Shown: positions 44,635-58,807 of the stretch, in pieces
How the letters are laid out: the number at the start of each line of letters is the position of its first letter
How positions within the stretch are numbered: position 1 is the first letter of the stretch
Source of the DNA: Octopus vulgaris
Lineage: Eukaryota
DNA length: 64,000 bases
Assembly: GCA_951406725.2 (NCBI GenBank)
Contig: OX597830.1
Location: 44,826,001-44,890,000 of the forward strand
Direction of reading: 5' to 3'
Notes under the pieces: model-generated
Told to the model about the DNA's origin: nothing
What the model saw: only the letters and a program-made list of their open reading frames with translations
Database searches by the model: none
Translations under genes and position numbers: made by a program

Positions 44635-46880
44635 CAGTGGCGACCCAATCCAGGCGGATTTAGTTTTAAAAAAGCTCTAAGCACAGGCAAATATTTTATA
44701 TAAATAATAATTTGAGTTTTAATTTAATAAATCAAATTTAAAGTCAACTTCTGAATGTGATTGAAAAGCCAAATAAATAAAAAGTTAGCTATGAAAATAC
44801 AAACTACACAAAAGTGATTCTCTTTTCTGTGTTTTGAAGAGGACGTCTTCAAAATTCAGGTTTTCATCGCATCATCTATTCATAATAATTGGGCATAAAT
44901 TATCCGGTTTATTGTCTATCAGGGAATTCTTCAGATAAGACTTGATTATCCATAGCTTCAGAAAGTATTCAAGTATTCATTCATAGCCTACCGTGTGCTT
45001 ACAGGCAGTGTTTCATCTTCTTGCTGCAGTTCGATCAGTTCGAACGAGAAATCCGTATAGAGATTCAAAATCTCAAGTAAATCGGTCAATGAGATCAAAA
45101 TGTGTCACTTCCACCCGATGAGTCGCTTTGCATAGTGGAATTCTGACTTCAGGGTGACCAAGTTCAGTTGAAATGTATATGCTATGGCTTTGAGACAAAC
45201 AGTGTTCAGAAACTCGGAATTTAGTAATTAAGAATATGAGCGGCTCTCATTCTGCCACCATTTTATGCCGAAAATCGGTGTCAGAGCTCTAAGAAAATCT
45301 GGTTCAATATGACGGTCTCACGGAGAAAATTGATGAAAGGTCCTCTATTAATTTTCACCCGGTTTCCAACGCTCTCGCTGGCCGCCGAGATCTCCAAATG
45401 CTATGGAAGTTTAGGTTTCTCCTGAGGCAGCTGATTAGCCATAATAACTCCACTGATCAGGTACTTAATCGGAGATGACAAAATTTTCTTTTCGTTTGAC
45501 ATCAAGATGTTTAATGCAAATGGATATCGGTTTCGTTGTTGTAGTCACAGCAGTGAAGATTTTTTATATCTTTACAAAAGATATGATTCGTATTAAAACT
45601 TGTTTAGAGAAGACGAAAGCGCAATATTTTATAAACAAACGTAATAGAAGTACTTGTCTTTAATTTGCTCTCCCATGACTTGATAACCTTACTGAAATAA
45701 AGGAGAAATGTCCATAATAAATGAAAGCTCATAGTGAACAGCATAACACGATCCTGCTGTCAGACCCATAGTGTATTGGACAAGATTTTCGGCTCTGCTG
45801 GTTGTCCTCGTTTTTCATCTTGTAAGTACATGTTGTACTGATGCACTCTGAATCGATCCACAAACAGGTAAAGTTGCTGCTGTATGACGAAAATTCCCCG
45901 ATAACCTTTACATTTTTGTTAAGGAGTTATCCGCAGCTAGATTCAATTGGTTCAAATACGCGGTGCAGTCCGTCTCAGAGCGGTTCAGTTTTCGAAATGA
46001 CCTTTGTTTCATTCAAACTTAATGTAAAGTTTAAGACTTTGTCAAGTCTTAAGCGAGTAATTATTTCATTACTGGTGCCATGATTTAAAGAATAATCATT
46101 GCGAGTACAATGATATAAGTATTTTGCTTTCGTGGTATCATTATTGTCCCCTTCTTGTCAAACGACCGTGAATAGCATCACAAGTTTCTTTCCCAAAAGT
46201 TTGATATTCCCATCATACACAACCGGCTGAGATATAGATTTGGTACATTTTACCCCAATGCATACTTCCGTTCGAGAAAACTTGTTTTAATGAGTGCTTG
46301 CTATATGCTGTTTTTGATTATTTTCTAGAAAATGTGGACAACAAAAGGAATATACTCTATTTTCGTGTTGATGTGATTTGTAAAGCCCTGGATTGGAACT
46401 GCGTCAACTTGAGTCAAACATTATTTATTTTTTGAATTCTGGTTAAAAAGATTTATTGATTTGTTTGTGGCTAATGTTTCTAAGATGAAACTGCCGCTCA
46501 CAAAGGCGCCTTTTCAAATGAAATATTTCCTTATCCTCAAGTCCGCTCCTGTATTTATCACAATACGATCACCTTTATTTCATCTTGCACCTTATTGAAT
46601 CAGAATCCTATGAGAATATAACTGTATCATAATGTTCTAATTCTTCAAAAGCTGACTCTTTAAGGTCCATTGGCTCTGAAGAATATTCATCATCTTTGGT
46701 TACTTCAGCAAGGTTCCTTCTTATGAATTGTCGTATATCCATATATTGTACTGGATCTACAATAAAGAATTAACAACTTATATGTAAATATTGTTGTTGT
46801 ATAAAATAATGACCAAGACGTTTGCCATTTCAGCACCTTGAAACATAAATTTCTTTAACGTTGTTGTATCAACACTAAAA
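44635..46880 (-). mobile_element. Highly decayed hAT transposon
   Basis: Minus-strand translation gives YDG...AKYLYHC and a dimerisation-like TLPVST...FLKLWIIKSYLKNS...LNFEDVL; CAGTGGCG terminus at 44635. Confidence 0.6.
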
Positions 46881-47364
46881 AGAAACGAGCAGTATCATCT
46901 CAATATCATTATTAAATGAATTATTATTCTTTTCATTTCAAACATTTGGTATCTAAACCTTCCGACAGTTATTTGAATAAAGCTGCCTGTCTTGCAATTC
47001 CTCTACCAGCATGGTTTGTCCTTAGCCAATGATATAAAAATACAAGACACCTTTTACATATTAATATTTTTATCATTATGTGTTTGGCAAAGAAGTGACG
47101 CTTTGAAAACTATACGAGAGACGGGAAAAGGAAACTACTTCAGGATTCTATTTTCAATGACTGTTTGGAGACTACACAAGTAATTCATTATTTTTAGCTC
47201 CCTGCCGAAAATGTCACACTTAAGAGATACTGGAAATATTTTGTTCTTTTAAATAAAAACAACAAAGTCTTCACGAAACTTATCTTTAGGAAGTTTCTTC
47301 CACTGTTTTGATAAAGTTGTTAACATTTTTCACAAACATACACACATACACACATACACATACC

Positions 47365-47475
<111 letters not shown>

Positions 47476-47573
47476 TTATATATATATATATATACACACA
47501 CACATACATATGTATGTATGTATATATGTATATGTATATATATATAGATGTATATATATATATATATATATAT

Positions 47574-48102
47574 GGTGGCTGCCCCCTTGTTATCGAGTAT
47601 GGCCATTGCGTGAAGCTTAATCAATGTTGTTATCGTGCAATGCCTGTGCAAGAAGATTATTTTAAGTGAGGAAAGGCTGTGCACTGAGTCAATCACACTC
47701 ACTAAGCAACAGCAGCCATAATCCGAAAAGAAGAACAAGTCAACATCATCGGTAACCACTGAGCCGCAGGTTTTATGTCGGAGTTATCCCAGTTACCTAA
47801 GTTACCTTCTCCTAGAAGGATGCCCTAACAAATGCTAGGAGTTCTTCACTCGCAGTGGCTTAACCGCGTGATCGGGTATTCAGTCCGATTATTTCTATAT
47901 CCTCGCGCATGATACAGCCTTAAGACATTTATTGGATGGCCGTTGACTCTCAATAGTTCCTCTGCCCTTTGACGGGTTTTGTTTTTCATCCCGCAGAGTG
48001 TCCAATAAACACCCTCCTCATCAAGTAAGCTTGGTGGGTTTGCCGGTTTAGTCGCCATACAACAAGTTGTTACATGTTACCAGTAGCACTCGAAAGTGAC
48101 CT

Positions 48103-48105
<3 letters not shown>
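47574..48105 (-). mobile_element. Short non-autonomous retroposon, possibly RTE-related, inserted in (TA)n
   Basis: GC-richer 530-bp block bounded by (TA)n that interrupts duplicate C; no ORF. Confidence 0.4.
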
Positions 48106-48156
<51 letters not shown>

Positions 48157-48160
<4 letters not shown>

Positions 48161-48295
48161 ACGTCGCACGTTCGGATGCCTTCTACTCAACTCTCTACTC
48201 TCGACTCCGACTGCTATTCTTCCGACGTCTGGGCTTCTCCCTCTATATCTACGTATTGGGCTAGCCTACTTCATCGTCTGGAGGCGTCGACAACA
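48157..48295. mobile_element. Short TGTT...AACA element (solo-LTR-like) in (TA)n
   Basis: Inverted TGTT/AACA ends, GC-rich, flanked by (TA)n. Confidence 0.4.
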
Positions 48296-48297
48296 AT

Positions 48298-48363
<66 letters not shown>

Positions 48364-48456
48364 TACCAGAGTAAGCACATAAATATGAAACAAGATTTTT
48401 TTAAATTGTACTCGAAGACCGGAGGAAGAGTAAAGTAATATGTTTGATTCTCAAAC

Positions 48457-48502
48457 AAATCTGTCCGACGAACGATAACGTGAAACTCTGAGTAACAGAT
48501 TT
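48457..48502 (+). ncRNA. Minimal type-I hammerhead-like motif (U4C variant)
   Basis: AAATCTGT-CCGACGA-ACG-ataa-CGT-GAAACTC-t-GAGTA-ACAGATTT; 8-bp stem I, GUA site. Confidence 0.65.
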
Positions 48503-48534
48503 TGTGATGGTTTTGCAGCTTTATTGTCAAAGTA

Positions 48535-48606
<72 letters not shown>

Positions 48607-48607
48607 C

Positions 48608-48719
<112 letters not shown>

Positions 48720-49365
48720 GTGTGTATATATATAAATATATACATATATATATAAGTATATGTGTGTGTGCGTATATGTGTGTGTATGAGTGTGTATATG
48801 TGTGTGTAGGAGTATGGCTATCATTTCGTGATTTTATACAATTTAAAGTTGTAAGTCGATATCTTTTGATTAGAATTATCTTCATAAGGTGTAATGCATA
48901 AATATAAAACTTTACTTACCAGCTAATATTGATAAATCGATACGAAGCTGATATAATGATTATCCTTCATCAAGGATATATATTTAAACTAGTAACTCTA
49001 GTTCTTAACAGCCATTTCTACCTAGAAAACAGGCAGGATGCTGCAGAGGAATTGCCTTCAAATTATTTGTATGTATACATTTTATCATATATTTAATATG
49101 TTTTATTTTTTTATTATTTAAAGATTTAGTTACCCTGACTGAAGCCACCCAAGAAGTCACCTTCTACGTATGCATATATATATATATATATATATATGAG
49201 TAGTTGAATGAATTATCCTAGTATGGATAATTCGGTTAACCCATACCTGGGTAGCAAATTCACGTCAGAAAATACGGTTGAAGCTACATGCCAAGGGTAG
49301 AGATCACGTGCTTTCGTGTGGAAATTTGTGTGTTTTTTTTAACTATAAATAAATGAAAGAATGGC

Positions 49366-49586
49366 GTCGAACGACGATTTAACAAAATTCCTTTATTCTC
49401 GACATATGATTCGAAGACTGCATCAGCATCATGACGAACAAAAATTTTTGTTCGTCATGATGCTGACATAAGTTCCTTGTCTTTCCTGATGAATAAGGGG
49501 CATAATGCACCTTATTCCTTCGGAATTAGGAATATGCCTTCGAATCAAATGTCGAGAATAAGAATTTTGTTAAATCGTCGTTCGAC
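49366..49586. repeat. Nested inverted repeats with a decayed hammerhead motif (49482-49557)
   Basis: ~50-bp outer arms, inner hairpin 49423-49466; CTGATGA...cGAATcaaatGTC. Confidence 0.75.
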
Positions 49587-49623
49587 TTATGTCAGCATAT
49601 ATATATATATATAAAAATATATA

Positions 49624-49730
<107 letters not shown>

Positions 49731-49747
49731 GATGTATATATGTACAT

Positions 49748-49787
<40 letters not shown>

Positions 49788-49834
49788 GCAAACGTACAAA
49801 TATATGTGTATATATGTACAAATATACATGTATT

Positions 49835-51291
49835 TTTATATATATAAAACTGAGAATGTGTGTGTGTGTGTCTGTCTGTCTGTGTGTTTCCCTAAAAATT
49901 GAGAAGTATACAACCAATTTCATTCAAATTTTACACATGCCTTACTTAGGGTCCGGGGAGTGTCATCGGCAAAAAGAATTTTTAACTTTTTGCCTAGGGC
50001 AAGCCCACAGCACTTTCATATCTTCTCCACTACGATTTTCTAAAAGTTGAGAACTACACAACCAATTTCATTCAAATTTTACACATGCCTTACTTAGGGT
50101 CCATGTAGTTCAACTTCTTGCCTAGGGCGAGCCCATAGCAATATCATATCTTCTCCACTATTTCAGTATTACGTGTTAAAAGTGAAACAAAAGCATTTTT
50201 CTATTTTATGTCGGATACTTTCACTTTAACAATAAAAATTAGAGATAATAATAACAATTGAATTATATGTAGTAAGTAATAATTAAAATCAAACTAAAGT
50301 ATAATATAATCGTAACATAACAAAAGTAAAAATAGCAATTGGTATAAATTGCATCAATGACTTGAACTTCAATAAGTGGTTTCACATGAATGGGAATAAA
50401 TTAAAAATATAATTAGCGTACAGAAATGGAATAGTTCAGATGGACTATTATACATAAAGCACTATAGCTTCAACTGCGTACTGCTTTTTGATTCACTGTT
50501 TAACTATTGTTATCACGTTTGTTAGTTCCTCGTAAGGGAAACGTTGTTGTGTTGCATTTGTTAAATAATTGTAAACTGTAACAAACCCCCCCCCCCCCCA
50601 TTTGGGAGAAGGAGCTTTGGCTATTGTTTAAAAATTGAATTGTGTCTCTTTTTGGGGGAAATTGACGATATTTTCACCGTTTACACGGAAGCATTTTTGT
50701 TAGAATGCCTTCGATAGAAGAAAGTCCAAAAATGAATTTCGCTGCAGCCGTCGGCGGGCGCAAATCATTAAAATTAAAATGGAAGAAATACAAACCTATT
50801 TCGGATTGATCACCGACAAAGACGGTGAATCTAGGATAACATCACCAAACGAAATAAAAAATTAAATTAAAGAAAAGACTATTGTCTATAAAGTATACAA
50901 TATAGAGAACAAAAAAAGATTTGAACACCTGGAGGAAAGCACCATCGAAAAGTGTCTTGGTGCGACTATGAAAGATATCTAACCAGAGGCGGTAAATTCG
51001 CCACAATAGCAGCAAGGTTCGAGTCAACGGAGCGTGCAAGGGAGTACTCGACTCCAACCTTGCAAAGTGGAAATATTTTACTTTCACCTTTATATCTGGG
51101 ACGTAGGACGGGCCTACAATTATATATTTTGAGTATTGTTATCACTAGCGATATCAAGATATAACTTTGTATTTTGTATTTTATGTGTAGATGTATATAT
51201 ATAGATGTACATGTAATATGTACACATATATATATACACATATATACATGCACTATCACTATGACCCGGCAACGACGGGTCATAATACTAG
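49835..51291 (+). mobile_element. Helitron-like relic(s)
   Basis: 5' tatataaaactgagaatgtgtg..; 3' hairpin tatgacccg-gcaacga-cgggtcata then CTAG|T at ~51288-51292; internal ~130-bp duplication. Confidence 0.5.
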
Positions 51292-51453
51292 TATATATAT
51301 ATATGTATTTATGTATATACATATATATGTGTGTATATATATGTACATATATACATATATGTATATATATGTATATATATATATGTATACATATACATAT
51401 GTATATATATATGCATATATGTACATATATACATATATATATGTATGCATGCT

Positions 51454-51496
<43 letters not shown>

Positions 51497-51593
51497 GCTT
51501 TATGAAAATAGAGAGAGACGAGGCAGGTGGAAAACAAACGAACAATTGTATTAGATGGCGCTCAGGAAATATAAATAAAACAAGTCTTTAACG

Positions 51594-51638
<45 letters not shown>

Positions 51639-51639
51639 A

Positions 51640-51792
51640 GAGAGAGAGAGAGAGAGGGGGAGATAGAGAGAGAAATAAAAATGTCCGCCGTATTTGAAAA
51701 CTATGGAAATATTTAAAAAAACATTTCATTTACTTTTTCCACAATTTGATTGTTTTTCATGCTTTACTCTAATTCGAAAAAGTCGGCATAAT

Positions 51793-51872
<80 letters not shown>

Positions 51873-52125
51873 AAAATAAGACAAGGTAGAAAATACTAAA
51901 ATAATTTTATCCTGCCGACTTCTTTAACTTAGAGTAAATCAGGAAAAACAATTAAATTGAGGAAAAATTAAATAAAAGGTTTTTTAAAATATTTCCATAG
52001 TTTTCAAATACGATGGACATTTTTATTTCCCTCTCTCTCTCTTTTCCCCGCTCTCTCTCTCTCTCTCTCTCTCTCTTTTCCCCGCTCTCTCTCTCTCTCT
52101 CTCTCTCCCCGCTCTCTCTCTCTCT
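51640..52125. repeat. Foldback: ~150-bp inverted arms capped by (AG)n/(CT)n
   Basis: aaataaaaatgtcc..gtatttgaaaactatggaaatattt..aagtcggca mirrored at 51912-52040. Confidence 0.8.
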
Positions 52126-52149
52126 TTTTACTCTTGTGAAGGTTTGGTA

Positions 52150-52855
52150 GTATGTAGTAGGCAGTAGCAGTCCTGAAAGAATATTTGTTATGAGGGAAGT
52201 GGGTTCTTGGCCTTGATTGTTTAAGCAGCAGTAACCGAGGAAGGAGGCGAAGAAGAAGAAGAAGAAGAAGAAGAAGAAGAAGAAGAAGAAGAAGAAGAAG
52301 AAGAAGAAGAAGAAGAAGAAGAAGAAGAAGAAGAAGAAGAAGAAGAAGAAGAAGAAGAAGAAGAAGAAGAAGAAGAAGAAGAAGAAGAAGAAGAAGAAGA
52401 AGAAGAAGAAGAAGAAGAAGAAGAAGAAGAAGAAGAAGAAGAAGAAGAAGAAGAAGAAGAAGAGAAACAATACGAAAAATACGGGAGTGGTATGACAAAA
52501 TATAAACGATATATTCAGAACAGTTACTACTCATGAATTTATTCAGAACAATTCCAAGCACTACTATTATAACGACGAAGTCACTTTTAGGTCACTTGAC
52601 CATTTAAGAGGATTCCACCAACATCCTACTACTGTCATGCCACTACCGTATTTTTCTTATTCTTCTCTTCTTTTCCTATACCTTCTTCTTTTTTGTCTTC
52701 TTCTTCTTCTTCTTCTTCTTCTTCTTCTTCTTCTTCTTCTTCTTCTTCTTCTTCTTCTTCTTCTTCCTTGGTTACTGCTGCTTAAGTAATCAAAACCAAG
52801 AACTCACCTCCCTCATATCAAATATGTTTTTAGGACTGCTACTACCTCCTACCTC
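52150..52855. repeat. Foldback whose arms contain (GAA)n and (TTC)n
   Basis: gtagcagtcct..ttaagcagcagtaacc-(GAA)n-aaaaatacgg mirrored by ccgtattttt-(TTC)n-ggttactgctgcttaa..aggactgctac. Confidence 0.8.
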
Positions 52856-53352
52856 TCCTGTCCAGAAGAGTTGCTGGAAATTCAGAAGTCGGAATTCCGT
52901 GGTTGAAGCAAATGGCGATTTTATTGAATTATATAAATATTTTTAGTATAATTTTGTTAAATGTATTTGTTAAAATGAAATGTTACTTTCATTTTCATTT
53001 CTGCGTAATTTAGACAATTTATTCGCTGCAGCCTGTATGTACGTATGTATGTATGTATGTATGTATGTATGTATGTATGTATGTATGTATGTATGTATGT
53101 ATGTATGTATGTATGTATGTATGTACTTATGTATGTACTTATGTATGTATGCATGTATGTATGTAATAATATAAATAATATATACATATATATATATAAT
53201 CATATATAATATATAGTATTTGTATTATTATTTGATTGAACACCACGCATCCATTTGAAAGTATAGATTGATAGATAGATGGGTGGATATGCATATATAT
53301 ATACATGTACATATGTATATACATACATATATATATACATGTACATATGTAT

Positions 53353-53385
<33 letters not shown>

Positions 53386-53489
53386 AATATATATACATGT
53401 ACATATGTATGTACATACATATATATATATATACATGTACATGTATATATATATATACATATTTTTATATGTTTGTATGTATAAATATA

Positions 53490-55960
53490 TATATATAGAA
53501 CAATGAAGAAATAAGTGATATAGATATCCACTTTATACAGCTCAGTCGAGTAGCGCTCTGATAGAGCTTCAGGAATATAACATTAAGAACGAGAGAAGAC
53601 AAATTCAAAGGTCGATGTATATATTCACTCAATCCATATTAATGAAATTCTCCATGTTATACAATATACATACATAGATGCATTCATCTATATAATATAT
53701 AAAAAATTTCTTAGAATTTATAAATACATACATATACACGAAATTTTATAAATATATAAAACGTCATAGACAGATAAAATTTTGTAAACACATAAAAATT
53801 CATAAATATAAATATTAAAAAAATTATAAGTCCATAAATGTACCTGCGAAGTCCGAATATTCTAATTTGAATCAATGAAGAGGAAGATAAAAAAGCGAAT
53901 GTAAAATGCTTCATAAGGAATCTAAAACATGTCTAAAGTATATGTATAAAATCTTACGGCCTTTTCGAAAAGATATAGGTTGCTATGGGCAATTGGATCT
54001 TTTCCTTTTGAACGGCACTTTGTAACATAATTTCTAGGTAACTAAAAAGTTTTAAACTTCGTATACTGGTAGAATGTGTTTATAAAACATCATTTTCTCT
54101 TGGCTTTATTGAGAAAATTCTATAGTTTATAAGATATCTCGTCTGAAATTTCGAGCATTTCGGCAAGTTTAGCCAATCACTGGAGTCCATTTAGGTAAAT
54201 AACATTCTGTGCATAATGAATATGTCCCTTCTTTAAGAAACAGATTGGGTTTATTTACATTTGTGAAGAAAAAAAGATACTCTTCCCCAACCCCTAACCC
54301 TAACTAACTCTAACTAACCCTAACTCTAACCCTAAATCTAAAATAGATTGAAATGCAATAGATCGATACAAGAGCCATAATTATCATTTGACACAGCTAG
54401 AAAAAAATCCCATTTTCCGTAGTGGTGTCGTATGCAAGTGTCACCAATAATTATAACCATAGTATCGATTTATTGCATTTCAATCTATTTTAGATTTAGG
54501 GTTAGAGTTAGGGTGAGTTAGGGTTAGTTAGGGTTAGGGTTAGGGTTAGGGTTGGGGAAGGGTATCTTTTTTTCTTCACAAATGTAAATAAACCCAATCT
54601 ATTTCTTAAACGAGGGACATATTCATACCGCACGGAATGTTGTTTACGTCAATGGAGGTAATCGATTGGTTAAAATTGCCGAAATGCTCGAAATTTCAGA
54701 CGAAATATCTTACAAACTATAGAATTTTCTCAATAAAGCCAAAAGAAAATGATGTTTTATAAACAAATTCTACCAGTATACGAAGTTTAAAACTTTTTAG
54801 TTACCTAGAAATTATGTTACAAAGTGCCGTTCAAAAGGAAAAGATCCGGGCAATTCTCTATATTTCTCTCATCAGAGTTAATAGATTGACAAGGTTAAAA
54901 TGTTAAAAGAAATGGTAGGTTAGATGATTTTTAAAAACCAAATATTTAATCGGACCGTTCTCTTCAAGCAGATGATGTTAAAAGGCTAAAGTGTATTACG
55001 ACGCTATATATAAAATGAAGATTTAGAAGAGTCCATAACATGAAGTAAAGCTACTTTAGGATCCTATAGTTTAATTATTTTTGGTGAAAATTTTGAAAGT
55101 TGAAAAATATTTGTGTTTACAATATAACGTCAGATATCTTATTAAGTAAACTTTTTATGTTGGATCCTATTATGTGGATCGCCTCCTTCGTGCATAAATC
55201 GCAATTCTTCGTGTGTGTATTATATAGTGTGGCATCCCTTATTATAGACCAATTCAGACTGAATTCTTTGTTGCTCATTTTTAATTTATTAATCTAGGTT
55301 GCTAGTGTAGTTGAATTTTTTGTTTCGCGGTTAGTGAACGAATTTATATGCGCCCTATATCTACTTTTAAAGTCAATAGTACTACCTATGTAAATCTTTT
55401 TAGGTCCATTTAAGGTAGAGACTTCAACTTTATATACGGTATTTCTCCTTAAACAGAAACCTTTAAGGGGACAAAGTTCCCTATTACGACAATTACATGT
55501 TTTTATTATATTTCCGGGTTTAGTCTTACTATTTTTAATATCCATGTTCTTATTATTGTTCTTCGTGTTAGGGTCAGCTAAGTTATCTCTATTGGTTTGG
55601 GTATTTCTAAGTTTAAGTCTATTATTGGCTGCGTTGATAGGTCCAAGATTGGGTGTGGTAGAATAGGATAATTTAAGACAAGATCAATTAAATATAGAAT
55701 GGTATTTATGACCTGGTGGTAAGTTCCTATTGATAATGATAACAAATTACTTAGGAAGGTTTCTTACCTGGAGGGAGAAGGGGGTGTGAACCATACAATT
55801 ACCCGTTTCCTCCCTGAATTGTTCCTATTCTGCCCCGTATGGTTATCGCTATACTTGAAAAATCTATAGAAACCAACAACACTTTAAAACACATTATAGA
55901 TTTAGCATTCGGGTTCATTTCAAATATTTTCATTTTAAAAATCATCTCTGGATATTCGTT
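53490..55960 (-). mobile_element. Penelope-like element 3' relic (GIY-YIG plus tail), interrupted by the MITE
   Basis: CNCRNRELCPLKGFCLRRNTVYK...IYIGST..FKSRY..HINSF..STTLA; hammerhead motif in the tail. Confidence 0.82.
53995..54847. mobile_element. 853-bp foldback MITE, ~390-bp TIRs, 8-bp TSD (Mutator- or Merlin-like)
   Basis: GGATCTTTTCC...GGAAAAGATCC; TSD GGGCAATT at 53987-53994 and 54848-54855; TTAGGG-like tracts in both arms. Confidence 0.9.
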
Positions 55961-56109
55961 GAGAGGACGTTGGCGTTGCCTTCGCGAAGGTTTGTACTCT
56001 CTGAAGGTTTGTGGTCTTTTTTTTTTTTTTACTCTTTTACTTGTTTCAGTCGTTTGACTGCGGCCATGCTGGAGCACCATCTTGTTTATCATTGATATCT
56101 TTTCCAAAT

Positions 56110-58754
56110 TTTTACCTGCTTTCTGTTTTTTTTTTTAATTTCATGGGTCTTGAAAATTGAGTTTCCACATCTCTTACCGGAAATGTTCTGGCAAAAAGAA
56201 ATTGAGATATCAATCAGAGCACAAGTATTGTTGTTTCATTCTTTGATTAATTATATTTGTACGTTTTCTTTGATATCTTTGTCTGTTATTTCCCAGTTTA
56301 TTGTGGTCAGGTCGTTATTATGTCACGTGTTTCATGCACATACCTGTTCCTGTCTCCAAATTGGATATATCTGGGAATATTAGTTTTCAAATCTGGGAAT
56401 ATTATTTTTCTTGGCAAGAAATGATTCACCGGAAAGGATGTGGTTAATTTTCATTATATATTTGGTTATATAATCTGTGTTCCGCATACAGAAGGAAGTG
56501 CTACAAAACTTGCCATCGTCTTATTTTAAATCAATGCCTATTCAGTGAGTAATTTTCACACCAAATTTATATTCTATGATCTGGTTAAATACGTATTAGA
56601 ATATATTTCCAAAAGGATATCTGATAAGACCAAAACATGTCCGGAGTTAACCCCAAACCTACTAAAAATTTGATTCGTTCCCCACTGCTTACTTCTAAAT
56701 CATTTTTAATCAATTTCAGTTTCGGAATTATCTCCCTTCCATCAGTTGACAACAGTTATTATTAAATCAGATGATTTTCCCCTCTACATTACATGCGTAA
56801 TTTCAATTAATTAAAAATTCCTTTTGGTTTACTACATTCACCCTTTATCTCACTCTTAATATACGTAATACTTTCACTAAAGTTTTTGAAGTGTCCAGAA
56901 TGTTCTCTTCCACGAAATACTGATGCTTCTTATATCGTTTGAAACTGAAAACATTTCTTTCTATTTCTTCATCTACTTTTTTTCTATTTTTGCTACTCTC
57001 TCCTTATCTTCTCTCACTCTTCCTCCTCTCTCACTCTCTTCTGTTCCCTCGCTCTCCCTCCTCTCTCATTCTCTTCTGTTCTTTCTCTTTCTATCCCTCT
57101 CCAATTTATCACTCTCCCTCATTATTTTAATGGATAATTTCATGGTGATGTAGTGGTGGTCATCGTCGTATTTGTTACCGAATTATGCATATAACAATTC
57201 TCTTTCTTATTCCTTTCGTCTTTATTGCTTGTAAATTAATATTAAACGTAAATATGAAATGTGAAATAGCTTACAAAATAAATTTTCGTTCCAGTTCTCT
57301 TCTACATCTCATTGAAATTTGGAAATGGACGTAAGTAGATTTATATCAATATATAAACCTATATGTACGAAAATTATGAAAATCACTACACTATCTTATC
57401 AATTCAGTGCAGGAAAATATTTTCCTTCTCAAAGTAAATTAGTTGGAAAGAAAATTTAAAATTCTGAGTTCAATACAAAACAGCCGCATGATGGCGAATT
57501 CACTTCTTAACATAATTTTCATTCGTTATAATTCAGTCTTTCGTCAGTTTGTAAACATCTTGTTAAATATAACAAAGTGCTGACATTGGGGCAAACTTTA
57601 CAACACACAACCGTTAAACATTATAGAACATAGCATATGAATCATTTAAATAATAGAATTAATTAAACAACTTTAAAATCTCATTCGCAGTCATTTTCGT
57701 TAAAAAATATATATATTCCAAGATGCTTTGTACCTACACTATGGTAGTAACAACTTTATCACTTCTTCCTGTTAAAAATATCAATATTGATCCTCAAACA
57801 TTTAATATTCTATGTCTTTATTATTATCTATTTTCACAATCTTTAATTTTCGTCTTCGTATTTTGGTTGTTTAATTTTCCTGGCTTTGTTACAGTTGAAT
57901 ATCTGAAGTATTTTTTGAAAGTAGAAAACGGTCTTCTCAACGAAGGTAAAACATTGATGACACTTGACGTGGATGACTCCAGCTGTTCGAAGAGGTGTTT
58001 GGAAACTTCTGCATGTAAATCCTTCGTGAGTAGAACGATAAGTCCAAGCTGTATTTTATACGAAGATGACGCAACAGAGAAGATACTAATAAAAGCAACT
58101 GATACCTATTTTTATCAGTTGAGAAGATCTGTGCCGACCAAGTATACAGACGGTAAACAAATTTGAATCTTTTTGTGTTTATTTCATTCCTTGACTTGTA
58201 TTCTATGTTTTAGTCTAAAGAGAGACAATACTGTCGGCACTTGAAAAGTCTCAACGATTTCTCTGGTCAATGTAGAATGGTGTCGGTAGATAAAGATTGT
58301 TTGCAGAGTTTTCGTTCCAGAGAGCCCTGGTTCTAATAAAGTTTTGAGCGATCTGTTTAGCACAGAATTTCAGATAGAGACACAAGATTTCCAAGGAGAG
58401 TAGTAGTAGTAGTAGTAGTAGTAATAGTAGTGTGTTTTTTTTTGTTGTTAATCCTGTCTACTATAATGACAATGCCTGAAATTTTGTGGCAGGAAGGATA
58501 ATCGATTACATGAAGCCCAGTTCTTCACTTGAATATAGTTTATCGCCGCAAATCATTTTGTCCGGCGTTCTAACGATTCAGGAAGAGCGATCCAAGAGAC
58601 TAAATTCAATTCTTTTTTCGGACGTCATCAGCGGCATCTTTAAGACTTCACTAAGACACTGCTTATATACCCTCTATTGCTAAGGGTTTAGGTAGAGAGG
58701 AATGGTTTTATAAGTCATCATTGACAGCTAGAAACCCAGAACAGATAGATAGAA

Positions 58755-58760
<6 letters not shown>
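56110..58760 (+). repeat. Segmental duplicate C of PAN-gene intron 1/exon 2/intron 2 start
   Basis: Colinear with ~30780-32960 (e.g. ggaaatggacgt, cagccgcatgat, taagtcatcattgacagctagaaacccagaac). Confidence 0.9.
57895..58152 (+). CDS. Paralogous PAN-domain exon (copy of exon 2); partial gene or pseudogene
   Basis: 8 nt differences in 258 versus 32358-32615, open frame, both splice sites intact; no exon-1 homolog seen upstream in this copy. Confidence 0.7.

Positions 58761-58807
<47 letters not shown>

Noticed and set aside
57723-57894. Hydrophobic N-terminus of ORF 57723-58166 as a substitute signal peptide
   Set aside because: It is the T-rich intron end homologous to copy B intron 1 and contains the acceptor; cannot be fully excluded without RNA data
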